Position numbers and translations under genes: made by a program
Virus record (IMG/VR): IMGVR_UViG_3300025093_000013
Coordinates: 1-64,000 of that record
Length of the DNA: 64,000 nt
Reading direction: 5' to 3' (one strand)
Source of the DNA: a virus
The notes under the pieces: generated by a model
The model's database searches: none
Told to the model about the DNA's origin: nothing
Seen by the model: only the letters and a program-made list of their open reading frames with translations
Shown: positions 29,024 to 38,014 of the stretch, in pieces
Layout: each line of letters begins with the position of its first letter
Position numbering within the stretch: the first letter of the stretch is position 1

Positions 29024-29089
29024 GGGGTGTAGGAGCAGCCTGAGGTAACAACGGCTGACAGAACACGGCTCCTACTGTAATAGACCTAT

Positions 29090-29165
29090 CCTCCTGTAGC
29101 TCACTGGTCAGAGCAGTGTTCTTATAAAGCATTGGTAGGTGGTTCGATTCCACCCAGGAGGACCA
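29090..29165 (+). tRNA. tRNA-Ile (UAU)
   Basis: Acceptor CCTCCTG/CAGGAGG, anticodon loop CT-TAT-AA, T-loop TTCGATT, encoded CCA. Confidence 0.85.
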
Positions 29166-29172
29166 TACAACC

Positions 29173-29535
29173 ATGAAGACCATTGATCCTCCCCGACCGC
29201 GTTTGCGGTACTACGAACTTGCACGGCGAGAAGCCGAAAAATCAGACCACCCGAAGTACAAACTGGGATGCGTGCTTGTAAAAGGCAAGAAGGTGCTTGC
29301 CACAGGCAGAAATGATAACAAGACGCATCCTAAATGGGGCCGCAATCCTTGGGGATACCTTCATGCTGAAACTAATGCTCTGTATAAGGCAGAGATTAAC
29401 GGTGTTGATGTGACAGGATGTGATGTCTATATCTATAGAAAGGGATATCGTCTTGCAAAACCCTGCTCATCGTGCTATAATGCATTACGAAAAGCAGGTG
29501 TGAAGAATGTCTTCTACACCGATCATCGAGGCTGA
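29173..29535 (+). CDS. Zinc-dependent cytidine/nucleotide deaminase-like protein
   Basis: HAE...PCSSC motif. Confidence 0.8.
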   Translation: MKTIDPPRPRLRYYELARREAEKSDHPKYKLGCVLVKGKKVLATGRNDNKTHPKWGRNPWGYLHAETNALYKAEINGVDVTGCDVYIYRKGYRLAKPCSSCYNALRKAGVKNVFYTDHRG

Positions 29536-29616
29536 GTGGCGGAATCGGTATACGCATCAGACTTAAAATCTGACGCCCAGTAGGGCTTACGGGTTCGAGT
29601 CCCGTCTCAGCTACCA
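29530..29616 (+). tRNA. tRNA-Leu (UAA)
   Basis: TCAGA-CT-TAA-AA-TCTGA anticodon arm, long variable arm, GGTTCGAGTCC, CCA. Confidence 0.92.
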
Positions 29617-29638
29617 TACACAACACTATAATAGAACT

Positions 29639-29797
29639 ATGAAAAATCTTACTAAACTTTGTTACTTCGCTGGTTATGCCAGCATTCCCATCTCAGTGCT
29701 TACTTACTTTCAGCACGCACCCAAAGCTGGGATCTTTATTGGACTTTGGGTTCCTACCCTTCTACTATCAGGTATGATCGCTAGGGACTCTAGCTGA
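29639..29797 (+). CDS. Small membrane protein (52 aa)
   Basis: MKNLTKLCYFAGYASIPISVL...GIFIGLWVPTLLL. TATAAT lies 6 nt before the ATG. Confidence 0.55.
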   Translation: MKNLTKLCYFAGYASIPISVLTYFQHAPKAGIFIGLWVPTLLLSGMIARDSS

Positions 29798-29803
29798 CAA
29801 CCT

Positions 29804-29879
29804 TCCCCGATAGCTCAGTTGGTAGAGCATCTGGCTGTTAACCAGAGTGTCGCAGGTTCGAGCCCTGCTCGGGGAGCCA
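29804..29879 (+). tRNA. tRNA-Asn (GUU)
   Basis: TCCCCGA/TCGGGGA acceptor, CT-GTT-AA loop, CCA. Confidence 0.95.
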
Positions 29880-29975
29880 ATCAAGTTACATGAAAGAAGT
29901 TAGGCATCCCATCTTTTTCTACATCTACTTAGCGTTGATGTTGATCTTTGCCTTTCAGGCGTGTAACTTATCTTA

Positions 29976-30052
<77 letters not shown>

Positions 30053-30093
30053 TACACTAGTATATTCCCTATGAGGAAATACTATAATAGTGC

Positions 30094-30915
30094 ATGAAGA
30101 AATTTCTCGCAGCACTAATGCTACTCGCGCCTGTTACGCAGGCACAAAATGTCATCACCACTGATGGCACCTTCATTGAAAACCAGACATTCGAAGGCAT
30201 GGTCCAAGTTCGGGCTCATAATGTAACCCTTCGTAACTGTACCTTTAACAGTGGACCTCTTGCTCCAAACTGGTATGGTGTAACGAATGTTTACAACAAT
30301 GAGGACGGCACTCCCAAGTCCACTAATTTCCGTCTTGAGAACTGCACTATCCGTGGCGGTTGCACTGGAGTTTATGTTCAGTACGCTACTGTCATCGGAT
30401 GCGACATTCAAGAGACTGGTAAGGATGGTATGAAGATTGGAGGCGGCGGAAACTGCATGATCCGCAATAACTATGTTGCTCGCATTGGCCTACAAGTTGG
30501 TGCCCATGCTGATGCCCTACAATCTGTTGGTGGTAGTCATGTGTTTGTCATTGGCAATCACTTTGATATTCCCGTCACCTTTGCTGACGAGAATGGTTAT
30601 CTTAGTAACGCCTGTATCATTCTACAATCTCAGGTTAAAGAGATTCACGACTGGTATATTTGGGGCAATCACTTTGAGGGAGGTAGCTACACGATCTACA
30701 TCAAAGATAAGGACCATCCTAACTACCCTGGGATTCAGCCTCCTTATAGGATTCGCATGAACAACAATACCTTTGGTTATGATTACCGTTATGGTCTAGC
30801 ATCTATTGATACTCACCCCACCATCCAAATCAACTTCAATGTGATGGATGATGGAGTTCCACTAACAGGAGGTCCTTGGCCCATCAATACTTGGGACAAC
30901 TGGCCTCAATGGTGA
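30094..30915 (+). CDS. Secreted pectin-lyase-like beta-helix protein
   Basis: Signal peptide MKKFLAALMLLAPVTQA; VTLRNC and FRLENC repeats; AHADALQ. Confidence 0.65.
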   Translation: MKKFLAALMLLAPVTQAQNVITTDGTFIENQTFEGMVQVRAHNVTLRNCTFNSGPLAPNWYGVTNVYNNEDGTPKSTNFRLENCTIRGGCTGVYVQYATVIGCDIQETGKDGMKIGGGGNCMIRNNYVARIGLQVGAHADALQSVGGSHVFVIGNHFDIPVTFADENGYLSNACIILQSQVKEIHDWYIWGNHFEGGSYTIYIKDKDHPNYPGIQPPYRIRMNNNTFGYDYRYGLASIDTHPTIQINFNVMDDGVPLTGGPWPINTWDNWPQW

Positions 30916-31296
30916 TCACTTTTTAACAGGAGGTTTTTGAAGAGGAGCTTTTTGCTCCTCTTCTTCTTTATCCTTCTTACCATTCTCAACGATATGCTTG
31001 AGGATGGTAGACATGTTAGTGACCACAAGGGTAATCAATCCTGCTACGACAGCAAGGCTCTCAGAAGGAACGAACTGAATAGAGAAAATAAACAGAGAGA
31101 CGAGGAAAGTAAGATACAGTCCAGCAAACTTGGCAAGGTGCTTGGACGCAACTTCCTTAGCACTTTCTGTAATCTCAAGCTCACGGAACTTGGCGGCTGT
31201 CTCAAGCTCGTAACGCTGGATCTCAATTTTTCCCTCTGCTTCCTTAAGTCGGACAGCGGACTCGACATCAATAACTTCTTTTTCATGATCAGGCAT
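30916..31296 (-). CDS. Two-TM membrane protein (holin-like, uncertain)
   Basis: Two hydrophobic helices and a charged C-terminus. Confidence 0.5.
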   Translation of the reverse strand: MPDHEKEVIDVESAVRLKEAEGKIEIQRYELETAAKFRELEITESAKEVASKHLAKFAGLYLTFLVSLFIFSIQFVPSESLAVVAGLITLVVTNMSTILKHIVENGKKDKEEEEQKAPLQKPPVKK

Positions 31297-31348
31297 GGTA
31301 GACACCTCTACTGGTATATACCCTACCACCAAGTGTAAAAGTCAAATT

Positions 31349-31915
31349 TCAGCAGTTCCACTTACGGAGTGCTTTATTGATGCGACTGTTTGGATCGCTG
31401 GCTGTCTTGGCAGAGGTGAGACGCTTCTTCATACCGCCCATTCTAGCACAGAAGGACTTTCTACGCTTGGCAGATTTGCTACCTTTCTTAAGCTTGCTGG
31501 GCTTGGTAGTAACAGCAGTCTTTAGTTTTGAGCCAGGGTTAGCACGACGATAAGCAGCGACACCAGCTTTGGTGAGACCACCTGCACGGGACTTATGAAC
31601 TCCCATCTTCATCTTAGGCATAACACCTTTCTTGCCTTCATCCTGACGCTTTACTTTCTTAACGCAACGCTCATACTTAGCCATGTCATCACGACCAACA
31701 CTAGCGGTGCATATGGCCCAAGGATTATTTTCTTTTTCAACGAGCAAAGCTCCGAGTCTATCGTAGACAGAGGACTCCTTCTTGCTACTATTTCCCCAGT
31801 TAGCTGCACCCTTCTTTCTACACTTAACAAGGGCACCTGAGGCGTAAGCAGAAGGCCAAACGCTATAACGAGCCTTGACCTTGTGGTAACATGCGTCTTT
31901 CTTTTCGTTGATCAT
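31349..31915 (-). CDS. Basic Cys-containing protein, putative internal head protein
   Basis: KKDACYHKVK..WPSAYASG and RRANPGSKLK..RRKSFCARM modules recalled from T4-like phages; internal YDRLGALLVE. Confidence 0.6.
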   Translation of the reverse strand: MINEKKDACYHKVKARYSVWPSAYASGALVKCRKKGAANWGNSSKKESSVYDRLGALLVEKENNPWAICTASVGRDDMAKYERCVKKVKRQDEGKKGVMPKMKMGVHKSRAGGLTKAGVAAYRRANPGSKLKTAVTTKPSKLKKGSKSAKRRKSFCARMGGMKKRLTSAKTASDPNSRINKALRKWNC

Positions 31916-32319
31916 TTTGATTTCCTCTTGGGTTTATCTGTTGAAACATATGTAGGCTTTGCTGCGCCTGATTTTTGTGGTTGGTTGGGGTCTGCTCTTC
32001 TTTTTCTTGCTTGTGCGGAGCGTCTCTCTGCCTTTGACATGGAAGCTCTCTTGGAGGAGGACACACACTTTGGAGTAGATGTTTGCCCAGGCTGACGAGC
32101 GCAAGGCTTACCAGAAACAACTTGGACCCACCCTGGCTTGCCACCTTTTGAACGAGAGTTCTTGAACCAAGCGTGAAGTCCCTCTTCGTAGATAAGGTTG
32201 CCGAGTCTGTTATAGAACTCCTCGTTAGCCTTGACACAGTTAGGATAACGCTTGCCGAACATGGTCTTCATGCCCTTCTTCTTGTACCCAGGCCAACACT
32301 TTTCATCTATTCTTTTCAT
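31912..32319 (-). CDS. Basic protein, putative internal head protein
   Basis: KCWPGY..PNCV module; FYNRLGNLIYE; GLHAWF..WV..GKPCAR..PKCV. Confidence 0.6.
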   Translation of the reverse strand: MKRIDEKCWPGYKKKGMKTMFGKRYPNCVKANEEFYNRLGNLIYEEGLHAWFKNSRSKGGKPGWVQVVSGKPCARQPGQTSTPKCVSSSKRASMSKAERRSAQARKRRADPNQPQKSGAAKPTYVSTDKPKRKSK

Positions 32320-32642
32320 GGTATTATCTCGAAGTCTGATCCATCTTTTGTGAGTGTTCTGCGGCGACCTCCTGCTCTGCTACTTCCCATGGATCTCATA
32401 ATCTGGTTTTGAAAAACTCTTATGGCTCCTTGTGCGTCAACATTAGCAGGGCTCCTATCAATCTTCTTTATGGTTTTGTCTATCTTCTTTACTGCCTTTT
32501 GTAGCCTTGGTCTGCTGGTATGAGGTTTGTCAGCTAACTCTCTGGCAATATCTGTCATTCCAACTTTTACTCGCTTACCTTCCCTGTTTACGAAAGGAGA
32601 CTCTGTGATGAGCCCTGTTAATCTGCTGTAAACGCTTGACAT
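32316..32642 (-). CDS. Basic protein, putative internal head protein
   Basis: N-terminal MSSVYSRLTGLITE. Confidence 0.55.
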   Translation of the reverse strand: MSSVYSRLTGLITESPFVNREGKRVKVGMTDIARELADKPHTSRPRLQKAVKKIDKTIKKIDRSPANVDAQGAIRVFQNQIMRSMGSSRAGGRRRTLTKDGSDFEIIP

Positions 32643-32669
32643 TAGTTAATCACCTGCTACTATATACCC

Positions 32670-33194
32670 ATGAACATCTTCTTCCTTGCAAAAAACCCGC
32701 GAGTTTGCGCTGAGTGGCATTGTGATCAGCATTGTAGCAAGATGATCATTGAGTATGCACAGCTTATGTCCACGGCTCATCGTGTGACTGACAGCCCGTA
32801 TGCTGACCAATGCTACAAGATCGCACACAAGAATCACCCCAGCACCATCTGGACTCGCGCATCCTGCGATCACTACGCTTGGCTCTACGAACTGTGGCGT
32901 GAGCTTAACAATGAGTTCTACAGGCGTCGAGGCAAGCATCACCTTTCTTGGAGCAAGCTTGGTCATGTCCTGTGCTACACTCCCCCTGCGCTCCCTGCTG
33001 CTGGTTGGGTTGATCCCCCTCAATGTATGCCCGACTACCTTAAAGGTCCTGAGTGTGTGGAGGCGTATCGTAGGTTCTACTGCCAGGAAAAGCGTAAGTT
33101 CGCTACTTGGACTTGGAACCCCAGCAACAAGCCTATGTGGTGGGATTACAAAGAATACAATGAAGCACGACAAGAGTTATCTGCAAATAGCTGA
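32670..33194 (+). CDS. Pyrimidine-dimer DNA glycosylase-like protein
   Basis: MNIFFL..HCDQH.KMIIEYAQL, HKNHPSTIW, PQCMPD. Promoter TTGACA-N16-TACTAT lies 6 nt before the ATG. Confidence 0.75.
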   Translation: MNIFFLAKNPRVCAEWHCDQHCSKMIIEYAQLMSTAHRVTDSPYADQCYKIAHKNHPSTIWTRASCDHYAWLYELWRELNNEFYRRRGKHHLSWSKLGHVLCYTPPALPAAGWVDPPQCMPDYLKGPECVEAYRRFYCQEKRKFATWTWNPSNKPMWWDYKEYNEARQELSANS

Positions 33195-33561
33195 TGTAGT
33201 AGCAGCAAGGTCCTACTGCAAAAGAAATAAGGTGGGCGCAGTTATCGTAAAAGATAACAGCGTCATCGCTGAGGGATACAATGGCACATGCTATGGTATG
33301 CCCAATCAATGTGAATGTTTGAACGGAAAGACACGGGAAGAAGTAGTCCACGCAGAAGAAAATGCTTTACTTAAAGTCGCTCGCTCCACCCAATCTTGTG
33401 ACGGTGCTACTCTTTACCTCACTCTTTCTCCTTGCCTGCGCTGCGCTCGACTCATCGTGCAGGCTGGCATAGCTAGAGTAGTTTATCGAGATTCGTATCG
33501 AAATCTAGATGGGCTCGGACTACTATCAAGATGCGGAGTAACACATGAACAACTACTTTGA
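33160..33561 (+). CDS. dCMP deaminase
   Basis: VGAVIVK..GYNG..HAEENA..LSPCLRC. Confidence 0.9.
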   Translation: MKHDKSYLQIADVVAARSYCKRNKVGAVIVKDNSVIAEGYNGTCYGMPNQCECLNGKTREEVVHAEENALLKVARSTQSCDGATLYLTLSPCLRCARLIVQAGIARVVYRDSYRNLDGLGLLSRCGVTHEQLL

Positions 33562-33865
33562 TGTATACGACAGTTACACAGATAACATGAAACCTTACAA
33601 ATCACACGAAAGCTTCCAAGAACCTGATTACGAGGACAACCCTCCCGATATGGTGAATCATCCTGACCACTACACGGTGGGAGGTATTGAAGCACTTAAA
33701 GTTATTGAGGCAAAGCTTGGTGGCACAGCCAATGAGATGTATCGAGGATATCTCATGGGGAATGTCATGAAGTATCTAATGAGAAGTCCTTACAAAGGTA
33801 AGCGTGTGGAGGATCTCAAGAAGGCACAGTTTTACCTGAACGAACTTGTGGAGTGTTTTAAGTGA
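33545..33865 (+). CDS. DUF3310-family protein
   Basis: VNHPDHY..GIE..GNVMKYL.R...KG..EDLKKAQFYL. Confidence 0.85.
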   Translation: MNNYFDVYDSYTDNMKPYKSHESFQEPDYEDNPPDMVNHPDHYTVGGIEALKVIEAKLGGTANEMYRGYLMGNVMKYLMRSPYKGKRVEDLKKAQFYLNELVECFK

Positions 33866-34458
33866 TCGAGATTGCTAACGATGACTGGGAACTTTACCAA
33901 GATAAGTTCGGGGATCTGATTAGTTTTATTGCTCAAAGGATTACTGGTGATCCTATGTGCTGTGATTATGAGGAGAATGTACAGGATCTTTATATCGCAG
34001 CAATCAACAGCATCAACGGATACTACAAGAAGAACAAGATAACGACTGCCGATATGGCAGTAAGTGAAGTGATTGAGTGTCCTCTGTTTAAACAGTATAC
34101 AAAAACCGTGCTGTGGAATGCCAAGAATTACAAGGGCAACAAAGCTACAAAGTATAAAAACTTCATGCCCACATCTATCGACACGATAGATAATAAGGAT
34201 GATCTAGTTATTGATGACACTAGTAACATCGTAGACTCAGACGATGAGGTATTTAATTACTTTCATAAAAAGTTTAATGGTGAGGAGAGAGAGCTACTAT
34301 CGGTACTGGTAGCACACCCTGAGTGTGTCAGGGACAATGGCACCATTAATTACAATGCGTTGAGCAAAGCATCAGGTAAATCCTTTTACAAGGTGAAGAC
34401 GCGCATGACTAATATCCAAAATAAACTCAATGAAGGACTTTCTAAAGAACACAACTGA
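33862..34458 (+). CDS. Putative divergent RNA polymerase sigma factor
   Basis: Region-2-like EENVQDLYIAA..FKQYTKTVLWN; C-terminal HTH-like segment. Confidence 0.45.
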   Translation: MIEIANDDWELYQDKFGDLISFIAQRITGDPMCCDYEENVQDLYIAAINSINGYYKKNKITTADMAVSEVIECPLFKQYTKTVLWNAKNYKGNKATKYKNFMPTSIDTIDNKDDLVIDDTSNIVDSDDEVFNYFHKKFNGEERELLSVLVAHPECVRDNGTINYNALSKASGKSFYKVKTRMTNIQNKLNEGLSKEHN

Positions 34459-34618
34459 TGTCAGTAAGATGTGGACAATCAAGAAAGCGGATGATATCCG
34501 ACAACTTGCTGTCATTTCAGAGGACCTAGAAAATAAGGGATGGAACATTGAAACTGTGAGTGTAGATGAGCTAACCATCCTAGCTTCTAAGCCAAAGGTG
34601 GGCCGTATAGATGGCTAA
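34430..34618 (+). CDS. Hypothetical protein
   Basis: Operon-style ORF. Confidence 0.5.
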   Translation: MKDFLKNTTDVSKMWTIKKADDIRQLAVISEDLENKGWNIETVSVDELTILASKPKVGRIDG

Positions 34619-34961
34619 TCTACTAGAGCAGACTGTTTACATCGCTGGTCCCATCTCAAAGGTAGATTGGACTGAGGCAAAAGTCAAATTTGTAGACCTT
34701 GAAGGTAAGGTTCGTAAGTTCAGCCCCAAGCATATTTACAATCCATTAGACTTCATGGCTCCTCCTGTTCAGATGGATGAGATGGAGCGATGGTCATGGT
34801 ATATGAGACAGGCTGTGAGATGTTTGTCGCTTTGTGATGCCATTGTCCTCATGGACAACTACCATATCAGTAAGGGGGCACGACTTGAAAAGTATCTGGC
34901 AGAAGAACTTGGTATCACAGTTTACCATGAGAGAGACTTGCATGAAGTATCATCTGAATGA
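34611..34961 (+). CDS. DUF4406 / nucleoside deoxyribosyltransferase-like protein
   Basis: VYIAGP, YNP, CDAI, SKGARLE. Confidence 0.8.
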   Translation: MANLLEQTVYIAGPISKVDWTEAKVKFVDLEGKVRKFSPKHIYNPLDFMAPPVQMDEMERWSWYMRQAVRCLSLCDAIVLMDNYHISKGARLEKYLAEELGITVYHERDLHEVSSE

Positions 34962-35175
34962 TATGGGCCAAGCGTCTCGTTTCTGGTATCTCAACTTTTA
35001 CAGGGCTAATGATCAGCTAATTCATATGGGCGTGGACGATGGACAGTTCGTCTATCTAGAGATCCCCCAGATACTAGAAGACTACATCGACACAATGCCC
35101 GACAAAGAGTTTGAAAAGTACATCAACTGGGACTATAATCCCTTTGGAGATGAAAACGATGAAGATTGGGAATGA
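34942..35175 (+). CDS. Hypothetical protein
   Basis: Overlapping small ORF. Confidence 0.5.
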   Translation: MKYHLNDMGQASRFWYLNFYRANDQLIHMGVDDGQFVYLEIPQILEDYIDTMPDKEFEKYINWDYNPFGDENDEDWE

Positions 35176-35371
35176 CCACAACGGACAAGTTAATGGCGAT
35201 GTCAACCTCTCGAAATGGGAAGTAGACTTGATTTGCGAGGGACTGATCTCTATTATAAGTGACATTCCTGAGGGACATCCTGACCTTGATGTGGCATGTA
35301 AGCTACATATTCAGATGAACGCATTGTTCAATCTTATGGAGGATCCTGATGAACGAAATAATCCCATGTAG
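35150..35371 (+). CDS. Hypothetical protein
   Basis: Overlapping small ORF. Confidence 0.5.
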   Translation: MKTMKIGNDHNGQVNGDVNLSKWEVDLICEGLISIISDIPEGHPDLDVACKLHIQMNALFNLMEDPDERNNPM

Positions 35372-35558
35372 CTCACTTGTACTTGAAATTTATCAAGCAG
35401 ATCTTAGTGCTGGAGCGTCTGCCTTACCCGCAGACTTAGCATCTTCTGTGTCATGTTTTCAGGAATACAGAAATATCATAGCAAATGTCCAAGATGAGAC
35501 AGATACTTTTTGTATGCCAGCATGGATCTACAAACAATGGAAAGACGGAAATGTATGA
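35349..35558 (+). CDS. Hypothetical protein
   Basis: Overlapping small ORF. Confidence 0.45.
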   Translation: MNEIIPCSSLVLEIYQADLSAGASALPADLASSVSCFQEYRNIIANVQDETDTFCMPAWIYKQWKDGNV

Positions 35559-35781
35559 AGCAACGGAGGCAAGCATGAACGCTGAACTACGGAAGAAAAG
35601 AGAAGAACTAGAGAAGAAACTTGAATACGCACAGAACGCCCACCTTGCATACGCCAAAGGTATTGGAAGTGAAGGTGCGTATCGAGAAAGCTACCAAAAG
35701 GTTCGTGAGATTCGTGACGAACTTTACATGGTAGCGATGGATCTTGGAGATCCCATCCCTTTCAGGATGGAGCCCAAGTAA
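35551..35781 (+). CDS. Hypothetical protein
   Basis: Overlapping small ORF. Confidence 0.5.
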   Translation: MYEATEASMNAELRKKREELEKKLEYAQNAHLAYAKGIGSEGAYRESYQKVREIRDELYMVAMDLGDPIPFRMEPK

Positions 35782-35891
35782 AATTAACTCAAAGCCTGCG
35801 TGTGTGCGAGGTAGCTTTTCCTGACGATACTAGGAGAGTTAGTTCCTGAGTTAAATTTTAATAGGGACCACCGATACACTACTATGGAGAC

Positions 35892-36020
35892 ATGACCATG
35901 GAAGACAACAAAGATAAAACTAAGACCGAACTTACTGACATGCTTGATGGCATCATTGACGAGGTGCTTAAAAGTTTGGACCTTTCTGAGGACGAGGAAG
36001 ACAAAGAGGAAGAAAAGTGA
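35892..36020 (+). CDS. Small acidic protein
   Basis: MTMEDNKDK...EEEK. TACTAT lies 6 nt before the ATG. Confidence 0.5.
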   Translation: MTMEDNKDKTKTELTDMLDGIIDEVLKSLDLSEDEEDKEEEK

Positions 36021-36232
36021 GGGTAGAAGATATTTACGGTGAAGACTCGCCTGAACCTACCAAGAGGACTGACACTCCCAGAAAGTCTAAGATGAAACCC
36101 GTGCAAAAGGAAGAGGAGAAAGTTATTAATGGTGTGTGGAAGTTTGTCTTCCTGACTCTACTAACTTCTTTCTTCGTAGGTTTCATTAAGGGTATGGGTA
36201 GTCTAGAAAGCCCAACAAACAAAGTTTACTGA
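36017..36232 (+). CDS. Small membrane protein
   Basis: C-terminal hydrophobic helix. Confidence 0.5.
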   Translation: MRVEDIYGEDSPEPTKRTDTPRKSKMKPVQKEEEKVINGVWKFVFLTLLTSFFVGFIKGMGSLESPTNKVY

Positions 36233-36258
36233 TTCGATTCTCCTACTACTATAACCAC

Positions 36259-36669
36259 ATGGTTAGTATGCAACAACAAGAACAAGACGCACTCGCCCAT
36301 GACATCAACCAAGCTCTCCGCGATTGCTTTGCGTATAAGCTGGAAGGTTTGGTGAAGCACAACGAAAGGATCCAAGACGAGGTTCTCCTCCTCGTCAATC
36401 GCTTCGAGAACATTGCTACGAGTCGTGATGATGAGGAGCTTATGGATGAACCTTACGATGGTGCTACCGCTATCTTTGATACCTTTGGGTGTCGTTATCC
36501 TACCGACTACTGGGGAGATGATATTGTTCATGACACTCTCAAGTTTCTTGCCAAGTGGATTCTGTTCTCCCGTGATGTGATCAAGCGTTGCCGTGAGGTT
36601 GGGTTCAAGAATGATGAGTGGGTTAACCTTGCCCTCGATCACTATCAGACTGGACGCCATGATACTTGA
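36259..36669 (+). CDS. Hypothetical protein
   Basis: TACTAT lies 6 nt before the ATG. Confidence 0.65.
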   Translation: MVSMQQQEQDALAHDINQALRDCFAYKLEGLVKHNERIQDEVLLLVNRFENIATSRDDEELMDEPYDGATAIFDTFGCRYPTDYWGDDIVHDTLKFLAKWILFSRDVIKRCREVGFKNDEWVNLALDHYQTGRHDT

Positions 36670-36826
36670 TGAGGAGAAGTTAATTAAACTCTTGGAGGAT
36701 GCCTTTATGGAGGGATTCTCTGAGGGTTTTCATACAGAAGATAGCCCTGGCTATTACCTTGCCGCATGGAGAAGGTACATAGAAGACTTGAAGACTCGAC
36801 CTCCCTGGACTACTATAGACTCATGA
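36659..36826 (+). CDS. Hypothetical protein
   Basis: Coupled small ORF MILDEEKL... Confidence 0.5.
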   Translation: MILDEEKLIKLLEDAFMEGFSEGFHTEDSPGYYLAAWRRYIEDLKTRPPWTTIDS

Positions 36827-36945
36827 GCATCGAAGAACAACTTGAACATGACGGTGACGAGTATTGGTTCACCGAAACTATTACCCTGATCGCAGAGCAA
36901 GACCCTGTGACTAAAGAGTGGATCTACTTTGACGAGGAGAACTGA
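36823..36945 (+). CDS. Small acidic protein
   Basis: TTGAAG-N17-TACTAT-N6-ATG; MSIEEQLEHDG... Confidence 0.5.
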   Translation: MSIEEQLEHDGDEYWFTETITLIAEQDPVTKEWIYFDEEN

Positions 36946-37092
36946 TGGTAGGACGCGAACTTTGGTTTGAACTGAACAAGTTCCACTCTGATCTTGTCAT
37001 TCTTGACCTTACTGATGAAGAGAAACTTGAGCGTGCGCTCAAACTCCTAAAGGACATCTACATCTACGAACACACTGCCAAATACAACTGAT

Positions 37093-37269
37093 ATGAACAA
37101 CGACCTTCGAGAACGACTGCTTGCTTTCGAGCAAGAGTATAACTCCTCTGACCTTGAGATCAAAGAGAGTGGCAACATGCCTTTTCACTACCAAGAAGAT
37201 GTGAACATGTATCTTCTGGACAAAGCTGCTAAACTTATTGGAGACCTCTTGACATCTGACCTCAACTGA
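37093..37269 (+). CDS. Small protein, paralog-like of 44329-44490
   Basis: MNNDLRERLLAF...QEDVNMYLLDKA versus MKRELKDRLTAW...EQDINLYLLDTA. Confidence 0.55.
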   Translation: MNNDLRERLLAFEQEYNSSDLEIKESGNMPFHYQEDVNMYLLDKAAKLIGDLLTSDLN

Positions 37270-37283
37270 ACTACTATAGAAGC

Positions 37284-37574
37284 ATGAAGATCAACAACTA
37301 CAACAAACTCCCTCAAGGCATCAACGACATGGCTGACCTTCAGATCCATGAGGCGTCCATGCTGATTGGTGCTGCTATCAAGACCCTCTCTGATCTTAGT
37401 CCTCATTGGGAGGAAGAGACGAAGGATCTCCTCGATCTCTACCTTACCCTTCGCCGTGAGCTTCCTGAGAAAGCTAATGGCAAGCATGTCGGACACGATG
37501 ATGCCCATGAGGCTATCAAGTATGGGGCTATTGCTGTCTACTCTGATTACGGAAAAGGAGCAGCAGGACTATGA
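37284..37574 (+). CDS. Hypothetical protein
   Basis: TTGACA-N17-TACTAT-N6-ATG. Confidence 0.65.
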   Translation: MKINNYNKLPQGINDMADLQIHEASMLIGAAIKTLSDLSPHWEEETKDLLDLYLTLRRELPEKANGKHVGHDDAHEAIKYGAIAVYSDYGKGAAGL

Positions 37575-37717
37575 TGTTCGCACTTGTTGTCGCATTCGGT
37601 ATCCATATTATCTGGAAGCTCCATGGCTGAAAAGATTTTCTACCTGTTCGCAGGAATTTCTGCTATCGCTTTCCCAATTAACTACTGGCTTTCCGACAAG
37701 CTCGACTATCATAAACC

Positions 37718-38014
37718 ATGAAGAAACTCGATATGCTTATGTGTGCTGGTATCATGGCAGCAGTTCCCACCATGATTAGCTACGGTGAGCCCGATGGTTG
37801 GATTCCCATGTGGCTTGGTCCTAAGTCTCAGGTGCAAACTTGCCTGATCAACACCGATAACATTGTGATGATCCAGCCTGTGTACGACTCCGATACTTTT
37901 ACCAGTCGCAAGCCTGTTATCAATTACATTGATGTTTACATGAGCGATGGTCGCAAACTTACTGTGACAGAAGACTTTGAGGAGTTCAAGAAGCGGATTC
38001 GTAACAGCCGATGA
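37718..38014 (+). CDS. Hypothetical protein (FlbD-like tail, uncertain)
   Basis: LINTDNI..I...MSDGRKLTVTED. Confidence 0.5.
   Translation: MKKLDMLMCAGIMAAVPTMISYGEPDGWIPMWLGPKSQVQTCLINTDNIVMIQPVYDSDTFTSRKPVINYIDVYMSDGRKLTVTEDFEEFKKRIRNSR

Noticed and set aside
32800-33159. N-terminal extension of dCMP deaminase
   Set aside because: It overlaps the glycosylase-like gene. Deaminase homology begins at ATG 33160.
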